This document shows, in pieces, positions 1 through 6,569 of a stretch of DNA of 24,000 nucleotides. The notes under the pieces are model-generated. The model was not told the DNA's origin and made no database searches. It worked only from the letters and a program-made list of their open reading frames with translations. The position numbers and the translations under genes were made by a program. This DNA comes from an uncultured Alphaproteobacteria bacterium (GTDB taxonomy: Bacteria > Pseudomonadota > Alphaproteobacteria > Rhizobiales > Afifellaceae), in contig CAWBXX010000001.1 in NCBI GenBank assembly GCA_963792885.1, forward strand, positions 105,298 through 129,297. Direction: 5' to 3'. Positions within the stretch are counted from its first letter, which is position 1; each line of letters starts with the position of its first letter.

Positions 1-727
1 CCAGCGGCAGAAGAACCGTACGGAAGGTTTGGCTCGGTTCCGCGCCGAGGTCGGCGGATGCCTCAAGCAGCGTGATCGGCACGCGCTCGAGCGCTGCCTG
101 TACCGGCAGGATCATGAACGGCAGCCAGATATAGACGAAGACGATGAAGGTCCCGAGGTAGCTGATCGAGAGCGACGGTCCGCCGACCACCGGGATGGCC
201 AGGATAGCGTTGAGAAGCCAAGTGAGGTGAAGCTCGCCGGCAAGCCAGGTGAGGATGCCTTCCTTGGCGAGAATGAGCTTCCAGGCGTAAACCCGCACCA
301 GATAGCTCGACCAAAGCGGCAACATCACACCAAGGTAGAAGAGCGCTTTGAGACGGCCGCGCGCGTAGCGCGCCGCGTAATAGGCAATCGGAAAGGCGAT
401 GAGGGCAGCCGCGATCGTCACGCTCGCAGCCATCACGACGGTGCGGATGATGATGTCAAGATTGGACGGCCGCAGCAGCTCGGCATAGGTCGAGAGCGTC
501 AGCTCGTGAACGACGAGGCCCGAAAAATCGTCGAGGTGAAAAAAGCTTTGCACGAGAAGAGCGGAGAGCGAGCCGAGATAGACCACGCAGATCCAAAGAA
601 GCGGGGGACCGAGAAGAACAAGAAGGAGCAACTTCGGTTGGCGAAAGAAGAGGTCCGAGAGCCGACGAAGCGGCCCGCCTCGGGTGTGCTCGACGGCGCC
701 GAACGTGCTCTCCACCTCGACGCTCAT
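1..727 (-). CDS. ABC transporter permease (PotB/YdcU-like, polyamine-family importer); 3' end lies beyond the window
   Basis: Absent from the ORF track because it has no stop in the window. My minus-strand translation from ATG 727-725 gives MSVEVESTFGAVEHTRGGPLRRLSDLFFRQPKLLLLVLLGPPLLWICVVYLGS...YIWLPFMILPVQAALERVPITLLEASADLGAEPSQTFRTVLLPL. This is a multi-TM protein with the EAA-type loop of binding-protein-dependent permeases. Its ATG overlaps the ATPase stop (ATGA at 724-727). Confidence 0.85.
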   Translation of the reverse strand, partial: MSVEVESTFGAVEHTRGGPLRRLSDLFFRQPKLLLLVLLGPPLLWICVVYLGSLSALLVQSFFHLDDFSGLVVHELTLSTYAELLRPSNLDIIIRTVVMAASVTIAAALIAFPIAYYAARYARGRLKALFYLGVMLPLWSSYLVRVYAWKLILAKEGILTWLAGELHLTWLLNAILAIPVVGGPSLSISYLGTFIVFVYIWLPFMILPVQAALERVPITLLEASADLGAEPSQTFRTVLLPL

Positions 728-1731
728 TGCTGCTCCAATCGATGCAGCTCATCTCGGCGCCAACGCAGGCCGACACGCTCGCCATTCTTGGGAGAGCGTG
801 TACCCGCCGGAAGCACGACACCGAGCGCAGTTCCTGCAACGTCGACGACGAGGCGCGTCGTTGCGCCCTGGTACTGAACCGAGGTGACGACCCCGTCCGC
901 CCGGCACGATCCGTCCTGGCGGTCCTCTGGAGAAGCGATCTCAATCTTCTCAGGCCTCAGGCTCGACCACGCTTTCGCGCCTCCGTGGTGCGCGGCGAAC
1001 TCCGGATCGAGCACATTGGAAGAGCCCACGAAGTCGGCGACAAAGCGCGTGTTCGGGCGATCGTACACTTCGCTCGGCGTCCCCACCTGCACGAGCCTTC
1101 CCTTGTCGAAGACGGCCACACGGTCCGACATCGACAGCGCCTCTCCCTGGTCGTGGGTCACGAAGATAAAAGTGATGCCAAGCTGCTGCTGCAGCGCCTT
1201 CAGCTCGATCTGCATCTGCTCGCGAAGCTTCAAATCGAGCGCGCCGAGCGGCTCGTCGAGGAGCAGCACCTTCGGGCGGTTGACCAACGCGCGAGCGAGC
1301 GCAACGCGCTGCCGCTGACCGCCGGAAAGCTGCGCCGGCCGCCGCTGGTCCATTTGCTCCAGCCTGACCAGGGCCAGCGCCGCGCGCGACTGCAGTTCGC
1401 GCTCCCGCCGTGCGACTCCCTTGACCATCAGCCCGTAGGCGACGTTTTCCAGCACGTTCATGTGCGGGAACAGCGCATAGTCCTGGAAGACCGTGTTGAC
1501 GTTGCGCCGGTAGGGCGGGACTCCTTCGGCGGTCTCGCCGAATATCTCGATGTGGCCGAGCGTCGGCTGGTCGAACCCGGCGATCAACCGCAGGCATGTC
1601 GTCTTTCCGGAGCCGGAGGGACCAAGCATCGCGAAGAATTCGCCCTCGGCGACCTCAAGGCTCACGCCATCGACGGCACGCACGTCGCCGAAATGCCGGG
1701 AGACACTCTGCAGGGAGACTGCGGAGACCAT
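724..1731 (-). CDS. ABC transporter ATP-binding protein (PotA/YdcT-like)
   Basis: 335-aa ORF with Walker A GPSGSGKT, ABC signature LSGGQRQR and Walker B LLLDEP, plus a C-terminal regulatory tail typical of PotA-type importers. SD GAGGAG lies 5 nt upstream of ATG 1731. Confidence 0.95.
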   Translation of the reverse strand: MVSAVSLQSVSRHFGDVRAVDGVSLEVAEGEFFAMLGPSGSGKTTCLRLIAGFDQPTLGHIEIFGETAEGVPPYRRNVNTVFQDYALFPHMNVLENVAYGLMVKGVARRERELQSRAALALVRLEQMDQRRPAQLSGGQRQRVALARALVNRPKVLLLDEPLGALDLKLREQMQIELKALQQQLGITFIFVTHDQGEALSMSDRVAVFDKGRLVQVGTPSEVYDRPNTRFVADFVGSSNVLDPEFAAHHGGAKAWSSLRPEKIEIASPEDRQDGSCRADGVVTSVQYQGATTRLVVDVAGTALGVVLPAGTRSPKNGERVGLRWRRDELHRLEQQ

Positions 1732-1907
1732 GGCCGCTCCTCACGTGTCGGACGACGGACCCGGTGCGGGAACGGAAGGACGCGGCGGGGACTGCCGGTC
1801 GAATTGACCGAACGTTGTCCTCGCCGCGTTCGACGAGCGGTGTGGTCGCCTTGGATGCCGGGCAGGTGCGACGGCCGGCCGACCCATTATATCGACGCTG
1901 ACCCGGA

Positions 1908-3068
1908 TTACCGTCCGCCCATCACGGCGATGTAGTCGGACACCCAGCGGCTGTAGGGCACGCAGTTCTCCTGCGTCTCGCACTTGCCGATCGGCGTCTT
2001 CCAGAAGTGGATCTTGTCGAAGTTGTCGAAGCCGTTCGTGGCGCAGCCATCGTCGGTCAGAAGCTCGTTGCCCTTGCATGCCGCCGGCACCACTGGAACC
2101 GAGCCGAACCAAGCCGCAAGATCACCCTGCACCTTCGGATCGAGGGAGTGCTCGATCCACATATAGGCGCAGTTCGGATGCGCCGCGTCGACATGCATCA
2201 TCGTCGTGTCAGCCCACCCGGTCGCGCCTTCCTCCGGCACGACGGAATCGATTTGCGCACCGTTGGCCTTGAGCAGGTTCACCTGAAACGGCCACGAAGA
2301 CGACGCGACGACGCCCTCGTTGGTGAAGTCGTCTACCTGCACCATCGCATCGTGCCAGTAGCGGCCGATGAGCTGACGCTGCGCCTTGAGGAGGTCCATC
2401 GCAGCGGAGTATTGCTCCTCGTTAAGCTCGTAAGGATCCTTGATGCCGAGCTCAGGCTTCTTGGACATCAGATAGGTGGCGGCATCGGCGACGTAGATCG
2501 CGCCGTCGTAGGCCTGCACGCGCCCCTTGTTCGACTTGCCGTCCGGCAGCGTCTGCTCCTCGAACACGACAGACCAGCTCGTTGGCGGCTGATCCTTGAA
2601 CGCATCGGTACTGTACATGAGCACGTTCGGACCCCACTGGTAGGGTACGCCGTATCGCTTGCCGTCGACCGTGTACCAGGGCGCGTCCTTGAGGCGGTCG
2701 TCGACCGTGGACCAGCTCTTGATCAGATCGACATTGACCGGCTGCACCTTCCCGCCGGCAACGAGGCGAAGCGAGGCATCGCCCGATGCGGTGACGAGGT
2801 CGAAACCGCCCTGATTCATCAACGTCACCATCTCGTCGGACGTGGCGGCCGTTTTTACGGTGACCTTGCAGCCGGAATCCTTCTCGAACTGGGTGACCCA
2901 GTCGTAGGCGGCGTCCGACTCGCCCCGCTCGATATATCCGGGCCAGGCGACGATATCGACCTGCCCCTCGCCTGGGCCGATCTCCGTCATCATCGCTTGG
3001 CTGAATCCCGCCGTGGGCAGCGAAGCCGCCGTGAAGGCCGCCATCAGGCCGTGAACTGTGCGTCTCAT
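1908..3068 (-). CDS. Periplasmic solute-binding protein, PotD/PotF/YdcS group
   Basis: 386-aa ORF with signal peptide MRRTVHGLMAAFTAASLPTAGFSQA. SD GGGAGGG lies 6 nt upstream of ATG 3068. Gene order is SBP-ATPase-permease, as in ydcSTUV/phnSTUV-type operons. The substrate cannot be assigned from sequence. Confidence 0.9.
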   Translation of the reverse strand: MRRTVHGLMAAFTAASLPTAGFSQAMMTEIGPGEGQVDIVAWPGYIERGESDAAYDWVTQFEKDSGCKVTVKTAATSDEMVTLMNQGGFDLVTASGDASLRLVAGGKVQPVNVDLIKSWSTVDDRLKDAPWYTVDGKRYGVPYQWGPNVLMYSTDAFKDQPPTSWSVVFEEQTLPDGKSNKGRVQAYDGAIYVADAATYLMSKKPELGIKDPYELNEEQYSAAMDLLKAQRQLIGRYWHDAMVQVDDFTNEGVVASSSWPFQVNLLKANGAQIDSVVPEEGATGWADTTMMHVDAAHPNCAYMWIEHSLDPKVQGDLAAWFGSVPVVPAACKGNELLTDDGCATNGFDNFDKIHFWKTPIGKCETQENCVPYSRWVSDYIAVMGGR

Positions 3069-3189
3069 TGAAGACCCTCCCGAGCGCCTTCCCGAGGCGC
3101 CTCAACCCGACACTCTGGCGCGCGGATTGTGTTTGGCCAACAGAAATCTGGCCTGACGCGGAGCCGCCAGGGCTACGTCTCCAATCGAA

Positions 3190-3242
3190 GCTGACAGTTC
3201 GCTGACAAGCGGCGTCAGGCAGATGTCAGCGGCCGGCTGACA
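3190..3242. promoter_or_regulatory. Phased array of GCTGACA/TGTCAGC heptamers (Pho-box-like 7-4-7 direct repeats in both orientations)
   Basis: CTGACA occurs at 3191, 3202 and 3237. Its complement TGTCAG is at 3224, and a degenerate CGTCAG at 3213. Successive starts are 11, 11, 11 and 13 bp apart. On the minus strand this reads TGTCAGC-GAAC-TGTCAGC (3207-3190); on the plus strand CGTCAGG-CAGA-TGTCAGC (3213-3230). The array lies in the divergent intergenic region between the SBP gene and the cytochrome b561 gene. Confidence 0.45.
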
Positions 3243-3330
3243 CCTTGGCGCGTCACCGCAGCCCGTGACCTGTGAGGAGAACCGGGCTCAAGCCCGATTT
3301 CCTTCAATGCGCCTCTTTCAGCGAAAAGCG

Positions 3331-4938
3331 ATGAGCGTCAACTACGCAGCCAAAGCCGCAATCCGTCTGCAGGAATCGCGGCCGATGCTGGCCGTGTGGG
3401 ATCCCTTCGTCCGCATCTTCCATTGGCTCCTCGTCGCCGCTCTGACGGTCGCGCTTGTGACCAGCCTCTGGTTGCCGCCGACCTGGGTCAACGCGCATGT
3501 CATCGCCGGCACCAGCGCTGCGGTGCTGGTCGCCGCGCGGATCGTTTGGGGGTTCCTCGGTCCATCTACCGCCCGCTTCTCCGGCTTCATCCGCGGCCCG
3601 CGGGTCGTGCTCCATCATCTGACGGAGCTTAAGACCGGCGCGGGACGGCGCCATCTCGGCCACAATCCGCTCGGCGCGGCGATGATCCTGGCGCTCCTCG
3701 CGACCGTCCTCGCCGTCGCTGCGAGCGGGACGGTGGCGCTCGGCGGCGTCATCAAATCCGGGCCGCTCGCCTTTGCGTCGAGCTTCGTCGTCGGCGAAGC
3801 GGCGCGCCAGATCCACGCTCTGCTTGCCTACGGCCTCCTCGTCCTGATCGGCCTGCATGTGGCAGGCGCGATCTTCGAGAGCCGGCGCACCGGCGAGAAC
3901 CTGGTCAGGTCCATGATCGACGGGCGCAAGGAGCTGCGCGCCGGTGATGCCGTTCCCGCCAGGCGCAAGGTCTATCCGGTCGCCGCCGCAGCAATCGCAG
4001 CGTCGCTTTTCGTCGTCTCGACGGCGGCGCTCGCGACGCTCGCCAACCGGCCGGCGCTCGGCGTCCCGACAAAGCCGCTTGATCCGGTCTACGCGTCGGA
4101 GTGCGGCGACTGTCATGTCGCCTATCATCCAAGCCTCGCGCCGGCGGAGACGTGGCGCGCGCTAATGGCGGGCCTGAGCGATCACTTCGGCGAAGACGCC
4201 TCGCTCGATCCGGGAACCGCTCAGACAATCCTCGCCTATCTGACCGCCAACTCGGCCGACGCATTCGACACGCGCGCAGCCAACGTCTTCCGGCGCCGCA
4301 ACCCCGACGATCCCTTGAGCATTACGGCGACGTCGTTCTGGCGCCACCGCCACGCCCGCATCCCCGACCGGGTTTTCGCCGCGCCTGCGGTCGCAAGCCG
4401 CGGGAATTGCGACGCCTGCCACGCCGACGCCGCGAGCGGTCTCGTTCCGCCCATCCGCAATCGCCATACCAGAGGATGCCGAACCGTGACCCGGACCAAG
4501 CGAACACTCTTCATTTCCGCCGTCGTTCTCGTCGGATCGGCGGCAGCGTGCCTGGCGGCGGCGGCCGCGCAGCAGGCCATTCTCGATCACTACGCCGAGC
4601 AGGCTCAGGCGAGCGGCGATCCCATCTCCGGTTTCTCGGCCGACCGAGGGAAGGCCTTCTTTCTCGCCAGTACCGGCAGTGGCGACACACCCTCGTGCAG
4701 CACGTGCCACACGACCGATCCAACCAATATCGGCCGCACCCGCGTCGGCAAGGAGATCAAGCCGATGGCGGTTTCGGCCAACCCCGATCGCTTCACCGAC
4801 ATCGCCAAGGTCGAGAAATGGTTCCGGCGGAACTGCAACACTGTGCTCGGTCGCGAATGCACGCCCGCCGAAAAGGGCGACTTCATAGCCTTCATGGCGA
4901 GCCAGCTGACCGGAGCCGCTAACAAGGAGGAAAGCTGA
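3331..4938 (+). CDS. Cytochrome b561-family membrane domain fused to a di-haem cytochrome c (DHC). As the sequence stands, it reads through into an SHP-like (DUF1924) monohaem cytochrome c
   Basis: One open frame containing:
- A b561/Ni-hydrogenase-type cytochrome b (WDPFVRIFHWLLVAALTV ... GENLVRSMIDGRK).
- A TM/signal-like segment VYPVAAAAIAASLFVVSTAALATLA, then a DHC module with CGDCH and CDACH.
- A signal-peptide-like TRTKRTLFISAVVLVGSAAACLAAAAAQ, then an SHP-type module (CSTCH ... DRFTDIAKVEKWFRRNCNTVLGRECTPAEKGDF).
The start is uncertain: GTG 3265 (track), ATG 3307, 3331 or 3385. Third-position GC is low before 3331, and AGGAA lies 8 nt upstream of 3385. Confidence 0.8.
   Translation: MSVNYAAKAAIRLQESRPMLAVWDPFVRIFHWLLVAALTVALVTSLWLPPTWVNAHVIAGTSAAVLVAARIVWGFLGPSTARFSGFIRGPRVVLHHLTELKTGAGRRHLGHNPLGAAMILALLATVLAVAASGTVALGGVIKSGPLAFASSFVVGEAARQIHALLAYGLLVLIGLHVAGAIFESRRTGENLVRSMIDGRKELRAGDAVPARRKVYPVAAAAIAASLFVVSTAALATLANRPALGVPTKPLDPVYASECGDCHVAYHPSLAPAETWRALMAGLSDHFGEDASLDPGTAQTILAYLTANSADAFDTRAANVFRRRNPDDPLSITATSFWRHRHARIPDRVFAAPAVASRGNCDACHADAASGLVPPIRNRHTRGCRTVTRTKRTLFISAVVLVGSAAACLAAAAAQQAILDHYAEQAQASGDPISGFSADRGKAFFLASTGSGDTPSCSTCHTTDPTNIGRTRVGKEIKPMAVSANPDRFTDIAKVEKWFRRNCNTVLGRECTPAEKGDFIAFMASQLTGAANKEES
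4486..4938 (+). CDS. SHP-like (sphaeroides haem protein / DUF1924) periplasmic monohaem cytochrome c, read as an independently initiated gene (alternative to the read-through)
   Basis: GTG 4486 is preceded by AGAGGA (4470-4475). It is followed by a classic signal peptide (TRTKRTLFISAVVLVGSAAACLAAAAA), a single CSTCH, and the C-terminal RFTD..KVEKWF.RNC..V.GR.CT..EK pattern I recall from R. sphaeroides SHP. The +1 frame of the upstream DHC ends at TGA 4487-4489, giving a GTGA overlap. Confidence 0.55.
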   Translation: MTRTKRTLFISAVVLVGSAAACLAAAAAQQAILDHYAEQAQASGDPISGFSADRGKAFFLASTGSGDTPSCSTCHTTDPTNIGRTRVGKEIKPMAVSANPDRFTDIAKVEKWFRRNCNTVLGRECTPAEKGDFIAFMASQLTGAANKEES

Positions 4939-5496
4939 TGAGGACGATCGCCATCGCCGGCTCGGCGGCTGCACTTGCGCTCTGCGCCGCTCTCGCCTTT
5001 GAGATCGATGCCGGATCGAGCGCGGTCGCACAAACCACTGCGCCCGCGGACAATTCCGCGGCCGGCGCCACGCCGGCTCCCGCCGACTCGACGCAGGCCG
5101 CCGCTCGCGATCTCGGGCGAGCAGGCGTTCAACACCGAATGCGGCGCCTGCCACATGGCGTATCCGCCCGTGCTGCTGCCGGCGCGCTCCTGGCAGGCGA
5201 TCACCGCCAACCTTGCCGACCACTTCGGCGAGGACGCAAGCCTCGACCCTGAGACGACCCAGAAGATCAGCGAGTATCTGGTCGCCAACGCTGCCGAGAC
5301 CAACGGCCAAGCCCAAGCGATCCTGCGTGGGGTCGCGCCCGATCAGGTGCCGCTCCGCATCACGGAGATGCTGTGGTGGCGCCGGGCCCATCACGAGGTC
5401 CCGGACGCCGCCTTCACCCGCCCGGAGGTGGTCTCCAAGTCCAATTGTCTCGCCTGTCACCGCAACGGAGCTAGCGGGGAGGCCGAGGACAACTGA
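4938..5496 (+). pseudogene. Second di-haem cytochrome c (DHC paralogue), interrupted by a +1 frame break
   Basis: ATG 4938 overlaps the upstream stop (ATGA) and has SD AAGGAGG at 4924-4930. It encodes signal peptide MRTIAIAGSAAALALCAALA plus an Ala/Pro/Thr linker in frame 0. The haem domain is in frame +1 (track ORF 4975..5496): ISGEQAFNTECGACHMAYPP...DHFGEDASLDPETTQKISEYL...CLACH. The frame switch lies somewhere in about 5040-5112. Confidence 0.75.
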
Positions 5497-5577
5497 AGCG
5501 CAATGCGTGGCGCGACCGCTGTTGGCCCTGGATGACCCAAAGCCGGCCAACCGCCGCGTAGCGCAAAGGTGGTTACG

Positions 5578-6365
5578 CTAGGGGCACGCGTTGTTACGCG
5601 CCATATCCAGCCATTCGGAAATGGGCATCGCGATGTTGAACATCCGCCCCGCGCTGCCCAGCATGATGGCCGCCAGCTTGTAGGTCCCTTCCTCTTCGAC
5701 GAACAGCGGGCCGCCGGAGCTTCCGACGTGGGTGTCGCAGTCGTTGAGCCACAGCGGCTCCTGCGGGTCTGATCGCAGAAGGTGGCAGTTGAAGTGCACC
5801 CAGGGCAGAAAGCGGTGATCTGCGGGGTATGCAACGTGCGTCAGTCGCAGTCCTGGCTCGGGCACGACCGACTCGGCCAAAGGCGCCGGCTCGACCGAGA
5901 GCGCACCCTTCAGGACGATCGCCACTGCATCCGTTTGAAAAGCCTCCGGCGGCACCCCCCGCGCCGGCATCGTGGGCAGGATCTTCTCCGGGACCGACGT
6001 AGCGGTAGTTTTTCGGGAAATGAAGGCAGTCGGCCGTCTCGTGCCCCTTATTGTCCGATCCGCGCACGCCAGCGAGAAAGTGGATATCGCGCAACGGAAA
6101 AGGCGCCTTCTTGAACGGATCCATGATGCAGTGGGCCGCCGTGATCACCACGTTCGGCGCCACCAGGGTTCCGGTGCACTGACCGGCCAACCGGTACGTG
6201 CTGATGTTGACCTGGCCAACGGCGTCCCACGGGGGGCCTTGCCGGTCGAGCCGAACCCGATCGTCCTCACCGATGATCCCGACGTGTAAATCCTGACTCA
6301 AGCGCGGGCCGACCCGCGACAAGCACGGCCGCGGCGAGCAACGCTAACAGCGCGAAATGCTTCAT
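5578..6365 (-). pseudogene. Secreted trypsin-like (S1, V8/Glu-endopeptidase-like) serine protease with two frame breaks
   Basis: The gene is spread over three consecutive minus-strand frames:
- Signal peptide MKHFALLALLAAAVLVAGRPA, from ATG 6365.
- His-box segment DLHVGIIGEDDRV...TGTLVAPNVVITAAHC...NYRYVGP (track ORF 5594..6322).
- Asp and Ser segments TDAVAIVLKG...DTHVGSSGGPLF (track ORF 5578..5970). Confidence 0.75.
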
Positions 6366-6569
6366 GCCCAGCCAAAATCGCATCATTCGGATCAGGCATT
6401 GATGCACCTTAAAGGGTCTATCCTGAGGCAAGAGCTGCTCGAAGCGGAAGCAGTCACACGCCCGTTGTCGGCGCATTGGAGACATGGCTTACGGATCAGG
6501 TAACGTCGGAAGGGTGCCCCGTTTGGCCGACATGAGCCCGTTTGCGATGGGCGGGCTCGGGGAGCCCCC

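Noticed and set aside
3265-3330. GTG 3265 as the start of the cytochrome b561 gene (track ORF start)
   Set aside because: No SD lies upstream. Third-codon-position GC in 3265-3330 is about 55% by hand count, well below the obviously coding parts. ATG 3331 or ATG 3385 is more plausible, but I cannot decide between them.
6540-6569. Hairpin GGGCTC-GGG-GAGCCC just downstream of the flavoenzyme stop, as a Rho-independent terminator
   Set aside because: It has only a 6-bp stem, a 3-nt loop and no U-tract. That is too weak to call in a genome where such GC palindromes are frequent.
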